A DNA stretch of 64,000 nucleotides from Thalia democratica (GCA_965202585.1 OZ241829.1:33914001-33978000), one strand, 5' to 3'; shown: positions 1 through 15,000, numbered from the stretch's first letter. The notes: generated by a model from the letters alone, not told the origin. Numbers and translations are program-made.

Positions 1-68
1 AAGACTTTTAGTTTTTATATTATGCTAAGTTTTTATGTTATTTTAAATACTCAAACTCATGTTTATAG

Positions 69-3000
69 AGTCAAGATGTGAGTGTCAAGGAAATGCGAAA
101 ACAAATTTTGAACCAATTTATGACGGGTTAGGAGTGAGGCAGCTTTTTTCTTGTACCCCTTGTTCTACTGGACAAGTATGATAGTTTTTTACGGTTGAAA
201 ATATATAGTTTTATATAAAAAAAATTTCAATGAAAATGATTTTTTTTTATCATTAAAGAAAAGCTTTTATTTTTTAGTAAATTTTGATATTTTAATATGT
301 TTGAATGCATAATCTGTATTAAAGGTATGTCTATGAATTTGTTACTAAGATATATTTATAACTTATAAACATTTTTTTCGTAAAAATTTTGTTTTTTAAA
401 ATTATTTTTGTTTAGCAATAACATAAGTAAAACTAAAAAATTAAATATTAAGGTAGTGTCCAGAGATAAAACTGAATGCATTATCCCAGCTATTTGTACA
501 AATGATCAAAGTTTAGGTGAGACTTGCTTTATTTTGATTAATCTAAATATTGTTTTAGTTCATTGATTCATTCAAAAATTTATTATTCGTTGTTATGAAG
601 TTTTTAAACTTGAATAAAATCTCCAGGGTGTAATAACTTTGATATTTAGGGAGTATTTTTATAAATTTAAAGCTAAAAATTTAAATTTACAGGTTAATTT
701 TAAGTGGAATGAATTTCATAAATATTAATTAAAAATGTTGTATGTTTACATCTAAACTATTAAAATATTCAAGTGAGTTTTTATTTATTGTTGTTGACAC
801 AGTTGAAAGGCTTGATAATGGGACCGCTCTGACAACAGCGTTTTGTGAGTCTTGCACTTCTGATACAGGCGACCTCGGTGAAACTTCCAACTCAGCGTTT
901 GTTTTTACCACTTGACAATTTTTTATTTGAGTTTTATAAAATAGTATTCAATAAAACCAAGCTTTAAAAATAAACCCAATAGTAAAGTACGATTGTTCAG
1001 AAAACTGATATCAGTAGCAAACTATGGATAATTTATCTTCTGTCCATTTTCACAGGTGCACGTTTTGTCAAACTTGTGGCTGCACCCAAATAAAAGATGA
1101 AGTTTGTATTAACCCATCAATAACACCTGACTTATACCAACCTCTTGTTAGTTTTAATAAATTACTTGAAACTATTTTAACATTGTGCCTAAATGTAGTA
1201 TTCTTTATAGTAAGTTCTACAACTTGAGTTTTACCACTATTTATTAAAGGTAAGCTGTTTTTGAATATAAAAATATATTTTATAACTTTTGTTTGTATAG
1301 TTAATTATTTCATTATAATTATCTTTTTTTGTTTCATTAAAGTAGGTGAATTTAGTTTTTTAGTGCTCAAATTAACTTCATTTTTAAAGTCTACTTGTTT
1401 ATTTTACTTGAAAACAAAATTGCTATATATTAAATTATTGTATTGGCAGTAAAAAGCTAAATTTTTTTTAATAATGTTTAGAAATCTTGGTGGCAACGTA
1501 CAAAAGGATTAGCAGCATTCTATGGCTGTAATGCACTTGTTAGTTTTTTTATAAGCTTTTATTAACATATCAAAACTGTTAGTACTGAACTGAAAAAAAA
1601 TGTACAAATGTTTACACTGTAAGATTATTAAATTACTTATTACAACACTATGGGCATAGTTAGGGTTCCAAGTAATATTTACGAAAAATATTAAAACTTT
1701 GCAGTTTTTTTTTGATTAAATTAAAGTTTCATATACAAACCTTTTGAGTGTAATTTTTTCTAGTTTTATCAAAAATTAGAAAGTTAAAAAGTCTTTTTTT
1801 AATGTTTTTTTGCTAAGTTCCTAACAGTTTCAACATTCTTTTTCATGATTAAGAATATTGTTAATAAGAAATAGAATTTTAATGTGCAAGGTTGCCAAAA
1901 AGTCTGGAATCCTAGAAAAACCTGGAACTTGAGAAAGTTTAAAAAATAATAGAAAAACCTAAAATTTCGAACAAAATTATTAAAAATATGGAAAACTAGG
2001 AGTTTAAACCTGTTTATACATGTAAAGTAATGAATTTTCTATTAGATTCGAAAAATTTATCATATAGATTAAAAAAAAAAAGTATGATGGTTTTTTTTAT
2101 TAAAAACACACTTGATGTAGTTTACAGTATTTTGTTAATGTTTTCGTACTATTTAAGTCAGTTTTAAACGTTAAATTTACTTTTATAAGAAAAATCGATC
2201 AAAAAACTTGTTCTTTAAAACACCTGGAAGAAATTTAGAAAGCCTGGGAAAATTAAAAAAAAACCCTTGGCAACCCTATATATGACTAAAGATATAAAAT
2301 AGTTTGTTTCTAACCACTTAATTGAAATTTAAAAGTAAATTTTTGGATACACTGCTGTGCTACTGATATTTTAACTATATATCTATCTTAAACTTAACTG
2401 TTTTTTTTTTTTGAAAAATTCAAGAAGTAAAAGTAGAAGTTATTTGGAAGTTAAAGATATATTATGTTTATTTGTTGTTGTATTGTTATTGTTGTTTTAT
2501 TGAAAATAAAAACATATGATATATTATTTTTTATAAAAACAGGTTGCCTAAAAATAATATACAATATCAAATGTTTCATTAAATGTTGTTAAAGTTAAAA
2601 TTAAGTATATGCTTTTGTTTCCTAAAAATCATGTTAATTACCTTTGTAACTTTAAAAAGACTATCTACTTCATTTTTCATTCCTGGTTTTTGAAAGTCAT
2701 TTAAATACTACAAATAGTAACCATCTGTTTCTTTCCACAGGTACCAAATGTAACGGCATGTCAAGTGCTATCAAACATGTGTGTGATGTCACAATATGAC
2801 CAAACACAGCAGCCTTGTATTGATTACAACAGACTTTACGATAGAGCTTCTGTGTCTAGCTCTGTTGATCCTCCTAGGTAACTTTATTTGCTTTTTTTTA
2901 CTAATTAAGTCCTTTTCAAGATAATCATCTTAAATACTACTTTGTATTATTAGTAAATGTTAGTTACTTTTGTAACAAAGAAAAACTATAATTGGAAGCA

Positions 3001-6000
3001 AGATATCAGAAACAAAATTACATGATAATATTATTTTGTACGTTTCATGCTATTTTTGTGCTTATCCTGTAAATATTGTTTTCTTATATGTTTGCGCCTT
3101 TATTTTTTTATATTTCATTATTGATTAGCTAAGTTTGCCCATTAAATGGAAAGCTTACGTTTTGTAAATTATATATTTTAGTGATATTTTTTTATTAAAA
3201 TAAGTATTTAAAAAACTAAGAAAACTATTCTAAAATAAATATCCCATGTGTCTTGGAAGACTTTTAAATTAAAGAAAAACTCCTAGTGTTTAAATACTTT
3301 ATTAACTATAAAAAATCTGAAACGATAATAAGTATAAATACAACCACGTATGTATAATATGAGCATTTATATATCTTAGAATGAGCTACAGTTCAGTTAT
3401 GTTCAATATTAACATACAGTTTTATTGCAAATAGAATTGATTATTTTGTTTTACAAATTTTGTTCATACATTTTAGCAACGCTTTTAAGTGTTTTTAATA
3501 AAGAAATTCTACGACTTAAAAAAAAGAATTACTTAAAATTTCTTAATTGTATTGTATCTTTATTTTATTGTATCAATTGTTACTCTAATTTTTGATAAAA
3601 GTTACTAAATAATAATTGTGTACAGTTACAAGTTTTTAAATTTAATTTTTAATAAATCCTTGCTTGATTGAAAAATATTTTAAAAAGTTTGGATTGTTAG
3701 CTATTACAGCAATTTTTGTTAAGGCTAGTGTAAATCTATTTTAATTAAAATAATTAAGTTTAAAGTAGTATGAATTTACTTTAAAGTCCATCAACCTGAA
3801 GTAGGTTAATTTATAGTTATTATTGCTTTTTTCAATATCCTGGAAAAACACAATTGAAATCTTTCAGCAACTAAAGACAATTATCATTGTGGTATCTTCT
3901 AGTACATAAAAGATTTAATTATGTTTCGTAAAAGTAAACACAACTACAATAATAAATCTTTTAAATATTAGTTATTTTTGTTAGTTTAAAACTATATTTT
4001 ACTTTATCACTACTTTATTATGTTAACATAAAATAACTAATGTTTAGAACAACAGTCATGCCGTGGATAGTTTACGCGGGCTCGGTCGAAACCTCAGCTT
4101 TAGTGTCCGAAGCCTTGCTCACAATAAACGACATTGACACCGTCTATTCGTTCAAATCTGCCGGGGTTAGAAGTTGTTGTGCTGTAAATGCAGAAATTTC
4201 AAACTGCGTAGTTTAAACTAATTTGTTTCAAAACTTCCAGCCGGTTGCGTTTTTCAACATAACAAACGTTTGTAGGAGCAGAAACTGCGGATTGTAGCAG
4301 CGAGGTACGCTGCCACCGGTGAGTTCCTCGGCTTCGAAGATGTTGAAAGTTCCGGTTTGTTGCAGGTAGTTTTTATTTGCTTGATTACTTTGTATATTTA
4401 ATTTGAAAGATTTTTTTATATTGGTGGTAATAATCATGTAAACTTTAATTTAATTTTATTTCTTTTAATAGTTTGGTTTTGGTACTGGTTTTAATTAAAA
4501 AGTTTAAACATAACTGACTCATTTTCGAAAAAAGTTTATTTATTAATTTCGTTTAGCTCTCTTCAGAATAACATTGCTAAAAACTATGAATATTGTAGAG
4601 TAATTTTAGTTATATATAATGAATTTGAAAAGTCTAACAAGAAATAGTTACGTCATAAAGTATAAAAGTCTGTTTAGAAAAAGTTTGAAAAATAGAATAG
4701 AGCTGTACTGAACTAACTTAAAGTAATTTATAAGACAAAATTGCTAAATTTGCTAAATACTTTATGACGTAACTATTTTTTGTTAGACTTTTCAAATTCA
4801 TTATATATAACTAAAATTACTCTACAATATTCATAGTTTTTAGCAATGTTATTCTGAAGAGAGCTAAACGAAATTAATAAATAAACTTTTTTCGAAAATG
4901 AGTCAGTTATGTTTAAACTTTTTATTTCTTTTAAGTAAACAATTACTTTTAGGGATGTAATTATAATATAAAAGGTTAAAAGGATTTATAACCATATAGA
5001 TATTTAAATCAAAAGGTATTGTAAATCCTTTTTTAATAGTATTTTTACAATTGACTTTCTTAAAATATAAAACATTAAACTAATTCATTTCTTTATTCTC
5101 TTATTTTAACATTTAAGTTTCAGCTGTTTTTTTTTTACAGCTGTGTCCGACCACTTCAATTAAAAGAAGAGCTGCATTTAGATTTGGAACTGAATACGAA
5201 TTGACTGTAATTTTTTTTTATTCATTAAGTAGTTGTGATATATACCAGTGGCGTAGCGTGGTATTTTGGTCAGGGGGTGCGCAAATATTTTTCTCAAAAA
5301 ATCCCCTAATTTAAAACTTTTGGGCCGCAAATTTTTCGGGGTCAATTTTCTCGGAAATTTCAAAAATTACTAAAAATCTATCACCTACTTCATTTTTCAA
5401 GCAATCTTCTTCAAATTTTAGAAAATGTTCCTTACATTACAAGAATAAAGTTTATTTATTAATTTAGATAATTAAAATAAATAACAATTTTATAAAAAAA
5501 ATTAAAAAAATAGTTTTTTTTACAAAAAAAATATATTTTTACTACAAATTTTTAAATTCACAGGTAATGTTTTTTTGTTATTGTATAAAGATTAAACTGT
5601 TTAAGTTTGAAGAAGATTGCTTAAAAAAAGTATTAGGAGATATATTTTAAACAAACTAGCCTTTTTTCGCTGTTTTAGTTTTCCCTTCCCATAGGGAACC
5701 TATTATGCGGCCCGACTTTGACTAGTCATATATAAAAAAATAATTCGAATTTTTAAAAACAACAAAAAGCATCTTAAAGCTTTAAAAAAATCTATAAAAT
5801 AAGATCAATTTCTAGAAAACATGGCTGACCCCCCCTCCCCCTATGGTCTTAAACTACAAATAAATAGTCAATTAATACTTCAAAACATTTTTCTCTGTGG
5901 AATTTCTAAATACTGTTCAATATCTTTTTTATATCAGCAAAAAAGAATTGTATTAAACTCAAAATAACTCATACTTTTAGTTTGTTGCAGCTTTTAATAT

Positions 6001-9000
6001 ACTATTTTAATCTTATATATAAAAATGTTAAATCTTCAGTATTAAAATTGAAAGTTTTAAATTTTTAAATTTTTTGTAGAAGAAATCTAAAGCGCTAGTT
6101 TTTTTTTAACTTCTACATTTTTACCTATATTACAATATAAAACTGTAAAAATAAATCTTAACAAATGAAGAAAATTTATAATATAAACAAAATTAAAAAT
6201 AAAAATTTCATACCACTTGAACTGCAGTCTTGAGTAATAGCAATATCTGATGTTGGTCTGCTATTTTTCAATTCAAGCTTTTGAACTTCAGATAATTTTA
6301 CTATCTGACATATTTTTAGACTTGCAACATTCCATACAATATCACTTTGCATATTTTTTTAAGTAATATACTAAAAATTAGTAAAAACAAGTGTTTACTT
6401 TTTCTTTAGTATAATAAAACACTTTTTATAAAAAAAAACAATTAACTTTGAAGATATCAGGATTGCCTTGCCACTCATTGAGTCAAAATAACTGTCCTGA
6501 GGTAGTATTTTATGTCATGTGTCATCATAAGCATTTTAAATTCTTTTAAAGATTTTTTTATTGTTTTTAAACTTATAGAAACTAGGCTTTATAACAAAGC
6601 TTTTAAAACCACTAAATCTACCCTGAGTTAAAAAAAAAAAAAGAAATCTATCCTTAGTCAGCCTGAGCTTAAAAATACTTAAAACATTTTGAGTTATCCT
6701 GATTTTTACTGAGACATACTAAAGTTTTCCAAAACTTCATAAAATCCTGAGTTATCGTGATTGTGTGGAAAAATTTTACTAAATGTTTTTGATACAAAAC
6801 AAAATGTTTAAAAGATAAATTTTTTAAGGTCAACTTTTTCAATGCTTTTAAAAATTCACAAGAAATATGACTTTTCACTTATCTTAAAATCAGTTTTTCT
6901 AAGGTCTTTAGGAAATAGCATATTTTAAATACTACAAACAGTTGGTAGTAAGAATTTTTTTTTTTAATTTCATTTAAAATTTGATTTAGAACTAAATAAA
7001 TTTAAATTTAAAATTAATCTATTATGTCTTTTAGACTAAAAATATATTGTAAAAATTTTATTTTACAAGTTGCTATAAATTAATTCATGATGTAACTAAA
7101 GAAATTTTAAAATAACTTGCTACAAAAATTGTTTAATTTTTAAACTTTATGGCTGATAGAATAACAAAGTTTGATTTGTTTCTTATCTTAATAAAAAAGG
7201 AAACTACCTTTAATAAAATTTTTAAGTTTAGATAATTTAAACAATACTTTTTGTATAGTAAGATTAAAACTGTAATCACAGTATGAACTGTTTGTTTATT
7301 ATTTATTTTAACTTATTGTTTTATTTTTTTCTGTTTTTTGTTATTTTTCTTTTAAATTATGTTGTTAATATTTTTTATTCTTATTATCAATTTATTTTTA
7401 TTTTATTAGCAGTTGTTTATTGCTATTTTTACTACAATCTGTTTATCTTGAATCATTATCACTATAAAACAGGTTAAGCTCTATGGTTTGTTAACAAAAT
7501 GTTAGAATTTGTCCTTGTAAAAAAATCTGTTATAAGGTTATGCTACTGCGGTGCACTGACTAGTTGCGTACTGTTTGAGTCTAAATTCTTATGAAATTAA
7601 TGAAGTTATAAAATGTTTCCTTATGGAGTTTTTCATCAACATCGGTGCGCATTTGCAATTACGCACCGAATCAGTATTCTGGGTAATTTCCCTAACTTGT
7701 CACTAATTTTTATTCGAAATTTCGTTTAACTTTTCAAATACTAGAAAAACATAGTTGAAAAAAGGCAAATTAAGCAGAGAAAATAAACAATAAAGGATAA
7801 AGATATTGCATTTTTTTTTTGGGTAGCACGCATGCGCCAGCGTCCCTCCCCACGCCACGCCCCTGATATATACCATTATTTGCGTTATTGATTTTCAGCT
7901 TGCGCATTTTATTATCGTTTTTAAAATTTAATTTGTATTAGTTTTATTTTTGGAAGTTACTTTTAGTATTTCGATATTTTTCTTTGGCTTACACTAGATT
8001 TGTAAGTACTTATTTATGTTTAGTGTTCCATAACGGGAGAAGACTTTTGGGACACTGAGAAATATCCAAATGAATTCGTAGAACTCTTTCTGCAGTTTAC
8101 ACAAAACCAACAGCAATTTCTATATCCGATTCCTATCAGAATAACTAATATATTCGATAATAATGGTTAGAATAAACTTTTGCTAATATGAAAATGTCTT
8201 GAGCGTTGAACTAAGTTCTAAATTATTGTTTATCTTTAAAGAAGTCCATTTAAAATTAAATAGAATGCTAACATTTTTTGTTTTTGTAATACAAGGGTTT
8301 GTTTCGTTTAGTTTTTATTATTGAATATCTTGAATACATAAATTTCAAACATGAAACTAAATACATATATTTTGAAATGTAGGTATCGTTTTTTCAGCAA
8401 AAAATATGATTTAAGTTATAAACTAGACTTTGAATTCGCATTTTTTACTAAAGTTCAAACTATTTTCTAATTAAACCTTCAAATTTCTTATGATGTTTGT
8501 ACTTTTAATAAACATTTAACAGATATAAACTGAACTAAAAAACTTTAGTGTTTAATTTTCAAGGGATAAAGCAGGTTTAAAGTATTTTATAACTTTTAAA
8601 CGTTTCAAAAATGAAGGTAAATAGTGTCAATAAGTTTAAAATAACCAAAAAGTACAAAACGTTAAGTCCATAGATCAAGGCATTTTCCAAAACAACTGTT
8701 TTTTTGTACTTTTTTTTAGACTTAATAATTTCAAAAAACTTAAAACATTTTTGGTCGACCAAATTATTGTTTTGTTTATAAACGTTTTTCAACATCAGCG
8801 GAGTCGGCAGCTGATTGGGTGTTCGTTCGAAGGTTTTCATTGGTCGACAATCTGGTTGGCGTGGAAACGGAAGGTAACGAGGCAACTTCCGTTCAGGTCG
8901 CCACCAATTTCGTCATGCAGTTAGTATTAGCTACAAGTTTTAAGAATTTGTTTGTTTTCACATTGTTATCTAATGGTACATTGTGTTAAAAATTTTTTGA

Positions 9001-12000
9001 ATTAGTTTTGGATCAAACTTAAGGTTTGTTGTTTGTGTTTACTTTTTTTTCAGTTAGTTTTCTTTCTGATGTTCTGCAATTTTTATTGTTTAAAAATTGT
9101 TACTGCGAAATCTTTTGTTTTTTTCTAACATACGAAGTGGGTTTGTTGTTTTAAAACTGTTTTGCTTTATATTATAATAAAAAAAAACTTAAGGCAATCA
9201 ACACACAACATTCTCACTAATTGTTTCAATACTAAAATCTACTACATACAGAGTAACAACAAAGGATGCCGAGGGCAGCGGTGGAATTTTCCTGCCGTAC
9301 ATTTCAATAACATACACGCAAATTTCCATTGACGACAGAAGCGACCCTGTTGATGTTGGTAGTTTGCGTAAATTTTACTTGTTAATAAAAAAGTTACTTC
9401 TATGATTAGACAAATGTTGTTCTATTTAAAGTGTTACGCTTGAGTCGCATTGGTACTGTGAACACAATTGTTTCCACTCGTTGTTCGTTGTAAAAAGAAA
9501 ACAGTTTTGTTTTTGACCAGAACACTCATCGAAGCCTTATGCTAAAAATATACATCATTTTTCCTATTGAGTACGCTTTTTGAGCAAAAATTTTGTGTTC
9601 AAAATGCTGACTCCCACTCAGATTGATACTTTTTATGTACTTGGCTGCGCACTACCCCTTGAGTGCTGTGCTTAAAGTGCGTACTTTTGGAAAAGGTTAC
9701 TGCGCTTAATTTCAAATGGAAGTGCTTTGCGCGCCCACAAAACGTGACTTTTTGCTAACTTCAATCGTAACAGGTGGGGTTCAGCGTCAACTACCAGCAG
9801 AACAGCTCGAACGACGACACGGTGTTCCTGGTGGCGTACATAACAATCAACATATTCGCCGTCGTGTACTCGTTCTTCGAGCTGGGGGCTTGGCGGCGCA
9901 GGGAGGGCCTGAAGTACGTCGACGGGAAAGTTTGTTGGTTGTATGGTTGCAAACCGTTTTCGTTGTAAGATTTGTATTCTTTTTGTACAAACAAACTGTA
10001 TTCAAAACCGTTAAAACAATGTTTCAAAGTGGTACTGAACTTTTAATTGTAAGTGTAAATAGTTAAGTCTGTTTTTATAATATACCAATACTTTAAACCT
10101 TTTTGTATTTTTAAATGTCATATATTTAAAACTTAATTTTATTACATATTTTAATTGATCTTATAAGCTAAATTTGAAAACAGCTTTAAAAAAATTATAT
10201 ATTCATCTTTTTAGAGTTTCTTTATGTTGATATTATCACTTGCAAGGAATATTGGAAATAATTTTTTTCTTGTTATGGCATTCTATGCTTTTATTCGGTG
10301 GGCTATTTACAAAGTTAGTTGATTTTTTTTAAATTTTATATTGCTTATCATAAGCTAAAATTTGATTAGCTGTTAGTTGTTATATACTTTGATTAAAATT
10401 GGTTACTATAATATAAATTTGTTGTTTGAAGCACAATTTTTTTTTAATACTTCTTATCTTAAGAAAGACTGAAAACTTAGAAACTAAAAGGGTTTTATAG
10501 TTTACAAATCACCAAATAAATTTACATTTAAACTTTTTTCTGCCTTCTTTTTTTTAAGTTTTCAATAATAACAATAAATAAATAACCTGTTTTAAAGCTT
10601 TCTACTTTTGTTAAATTTATGGTAATTGTTTTCACTTTATTACTTTCAATAATTAAAACTACCTTAAATACTATTTATGGAGTAGTTCTTAATAAACAAA
10701 ATAAAATTATTAATGTATTTATATCTATATAACAGGGACAAGACATAGTGAGTGTGTTACCACCCGACGAAGGTGTTGAAATATATTACATCACTTTCAC
10801 TGGTATTGCGTTCGGATTGAAGGTTTGTTCCATGTTTAAATGTATTTTGATTTGTAAAGTTTCATTTGTTGATTCGACTTTGTTTTAAGGATTTGTTTGT
10901 CGTTCAGTGAATAGGATTATGCTAAATTATTTAAAGAAAAAAAAAATATATAATGCGTGCAGTACACTTTGTGATTTTTTGCCTGATTCTCAATACTGTT
11001 CAATATACGAACAGATAATAGAGTACATAGGCATGATAGCCAGGCAGTCTCACATTGACATTTTCTTCATCGACTGGGAGAAAATTAAGAAAAACGACGA
11101 AAAAAAGATCAGCGTGTGGAGAACCTACTTTGTCGCAAATGAATGGAACGAATTGCAAGTTGTTTTTTTTTTTAATTTATAAGCAGAAAATTTGAAAAAC
11201 TTTTTTTTTGTCTGTTGTATTCATGTTTTAAAAATAATTGCTATTAAATCTTAAAAATAAAGATGGTCATATTAGAACTTAAGGCGTTAATTTAAATTTA
11301 ATACTAAACATAAAAAGTATGCATGAGTTTGAAAAAAAATAGTATTTCAAGTTTTTGTTTGCCATGGTACTCATTCAAACAGGGTTGCCAAAAAACCTGA
11401 AATCCTGGAAAAACCTAGAATTTGAGAAAAATTTGAAAAGTACCTGGAATTTTGAACAATTTTTACATTTAAGGTAATGAAGTTTCGATTTGACACAAAA
11501 AATCTGTCATATAGATTTTTTTTTAAGAAAACACACATTTAAAGTAGCTTTACAATATGTTTCAATTTTGTTATGGTAATTAAGACATTTTTCACCTTGA
11601 GCTTAATTTTATACTAAAATTAGACCCAAAAACTTGTATTTTTAAATGGAATTCAGAAAACCTTGAAGAAATTTCTCAAAAACTATTGGCAACCCTGTTT
11701 AAAACAAGTCTATTTCTTCTTACTATTTTTCTTATTAAAGTATTAAAAAATAATAATGTTTGGATAATAATATAAAGTAAAGTTTTTAAAGCAAGCTTCA
11801 ACAAAAATAAAGTTTTTCAAGTAGACACTTTTATGACATACAATTTTATGTAAAATAAGTATTTTTACAGGTGTTTCGGAAGTTAAACTTGACTACTCAA
11901 CTTGTATTGACCATCCTTGTTCTCGAAGTTAGTTAAGTAAAAACTTTTTTTCAATATATTATAAACTGATTTTTTTTTTTAAATATGCAAACCTATTTTC

Positions 12001-15000
12001 ATTTAATATTTAAACTTTGAAAAATCCAAATAGTTTTTGAATATAATTGCTCGGGAAATATATTTTGCTTTTAGAGTTCTTTAGAATATTTTTTGCCTAA
12101 AAATTTATATATGCAAAACAAACTGTACAGAGTTATAATTTAAACAATCAAAGCATGTTTTCAATAAGGGTTTTATTTTTTCATCAAATCAAGTGTTTCT
12201 GCATGCATTTTATATATAGTTTCATTAGGGTTCTTTATAGTAATTTATTTAAATTTTTGCACGCAGGTCATAGGCATGAAGGACGTGGCGCTTGAAACCC
12301 CGCTCGCGAATGCCGGCTACACCCAGTTCCCCGAAAACTACCGGCCCGTTTACAACAAGGTGTTCAGGTTCGGAGTCATGTCCACCACCTATTTCGTGCT
12401 CGCCGTGTTGCAAGTCAGTTTTATTTCAAGTTGAAGTAAATTTAATCACATGTGTCTGAAAACAGTTTACGTTACGGCCTTACAAAAGATGACAAAGGCA
12501 GCATGAATTATGTTTGTGAAAGAGTTGCAGAGTTATGAGAATATTTTTATTATTTAGATGATTTGTAATGTTATTGTATTAAAATTAGTTTTGTTTTAAA
12601 ATTTTTTATTTATACTTTGCAGTTGCTCTTCAACGGTTTGATATACGAGACGAGGTTTGAAGACAAAATAAGCGATTTTATTGACTTGTGCTCCGTTGCA
12701 AACGTAAGTTGAAATTGTTCTTTCTAGTTTTATTTCAAGTAGTTTTGTATAGAGCTTTACAAGTTTGAGTTTTGTAAAGTAATATCTTATTTATTAAACT
12801 AAACATTTTTAAGCTTGTCTGTTTAAATGTAGGTGTTTAAGTAAAAAACTATTATACAGTGTTTCTTACAATAACAGTTTTTATTTCTGCTTTAAAATTA
12901 ATAAACGTCGACGAAAAAGTTGCTAAACTAAAACAAAAAATATCCTTTCAGATACGATAACCTTCTAATACAGTAGTGCTAGAACTGATGTAACGAAATT
13001 ATCTATATCTTTTACACTAAATAAGCAGCACATGAATATCCAAATATGATTGCAGATAAGCGTGCTGATGTTCACTGAGAGGCAGTTCGGATATTACATT
13101 CACGGAAGATCGGTTCACGGCACCTCGCAAACCGACATGTTCGAAATGGCCACCAATCTCAACAAAGAAGAAGTACGTTTTGGTTAATTGTTGCAGTAAC
13201 ATAAAGTTTAAGTTTCTCAAATCGTCTTTAAGGTATGTCAATTATTCCTTGCGATTTTTTTGTTTTCATCTTATTTGCTACATATTAAAATTATTATACT
13301 TTATACAACACGGGATCAACAAAGTTTTTTTTTGTTAGTGTTTTATTTATTGTTTCAGTTAAGTTTTTTTTTTCTTGTCAGGAAAGTCTTACGAGTAACA
13401 GAGGTTTAGATCCAGGCACGGAACTTCAGACTTTTCAGATTGCAATTCCTCAAAAGTTCAGATATCAGTTTGATAGAATTTATCAAAATTTGCAAAGTGT
13501 TAGTGTTTTGAATGATTTGCAATTTGCGTTGTGATATGAAAACATGTTTTTTTTGTTATAAGTTATAACAATTGGTTTTTACGCTTAAAGTCTAATTACA
13601 ATGTTTAACTTGAAAATAACTAAATACTTTTTAAATAAAACTTAAACAGTTTAAATGTATACCTTAATAAATAGTTTAGCTCTCTGTGCAAAATTAATTA
13701 TCTTCACATATTTTTACAAAGGTTGAAAAGCTCATATTTTAATTATATTAATGTTGTTTAATTTTTTACAGGGTGCTACAATAGCTGGAGGTTAGTAAAA
13801 CCTTTTATTCTATTTTTTATCCATTAAAGATTTCGATTTTGATACGAACATCATTTGTCAAAAATTAACAAAAGTTGCATGCTAAGCTTACCACTATTTT
13901 AGATAGTTTAAAAAAGTTAAAAGCCTGCATCAAGCAGATGTTCCTAGTCGTTCGGCACCTTTCGCTCACTGATCTAAGCAGCAGGTTTCCTACGAAGAGG
14001 CCTTGATTTAGGGTTGCTTAGGCAGTGATACTCACATTTGTGTGAGATCACCGTGGCACTGAAGCATCCCATTGCTTTTGTATGGGATGCTGTATTGCTT
14101 TTGACTGTACAATACATTGAATGCGATATTTTGTTGCGAGAGAATTGTGATGTCATACTTTGATACTATTGTTACGACACAAAGCTCGTTCAAGCGTGAC
14201 TTGTTTGATAGAATGTAACTAAAAAGTTTAAAAACATTTAAGTTACTTAACTTTGTAGAAGGTATAAAATGTATAAGCATTTTTTGAAATTTATGGATAA
14301 TAAACGCAGTATTTCAATATTTAAAAAAGTAAACTAAATTTTAAATACTATTTAACAACTTTGGTTTTTAGTATTCACATAAAAAAGTTTTAGAAATTTT
14401 ATACTCTTAATCTAAGCATACATTAAAAAAACAATTTCTCAGTTTACTAGTAAGTTTATAACTAGTATAACACCAATGAATTATCAAATGCATATTCAAT
14501 AACTATATAGATAACCACAAAACTTCTAAAATAAAATAAAAACACATGTTTAATAAATTTTCATTATTTAAAAAAAAAAATATCCGGTTTTATTATGCAG
14601 ACATTTATTATGATGTTTTTGATAAATTAAGTAAAGATCTTTAAAGCTTACAACCCAGTTTAATTAAATTTAAAATTTTTATAAAACCCATTGAGTTTTT
14701 TTTTAATCTATAAAAATGTGATTTAAAGTTATATGAAATACAATCAATTGCTTAAAATTAAAAATGTTTTGTTACTAAACATTTTTTAAACAACTACCGA
14801 AAGTATTTTCAACTCTCATCATTGTCTTCAGAATATTTTTATCGTTTCCAATAATTTAAAATTGTTCTAAAGATAAACAAAAAACATTTTTTCAAATAAA
14901 AACAATAAATAACTGGTGATCATGTTAATTGCATTCTAACTTGTAGGCGCTCGAAGAGCCGGTAAGTTTTCTAAAAACGTCAAAGCAACGACTACTGCAT

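Larger units (their letters stand above)
4496..4924. repeat. Near-perfect long inverted repeat (168-bp arms, 93-bp spacer) in a TMEM67 intron
   Basis: 4496-4663 is the reverse complement of 4757-4924 with one mismatch; no TSD seen. Confidence 0.95.

Noticed and set aside
4228-4437. Minus-strand 69-aa ORF as a nested gene
   Set aside because: It is the antisense shadow of TMEM67 exon 4276-4365; the same applies to ORFs 729-911, 9791-10027, 13017-13241, 28605-28811, 54612-54842 and 56766-57080 opposite real exons.
14005-14016. AACCCTAA on the minus strand as a telomerase RNA template
   Set aside because: Only about 90 nt of structured sequence follow it, leaving no room for a pseudoknot, CR4/5 or H/ACA domain.
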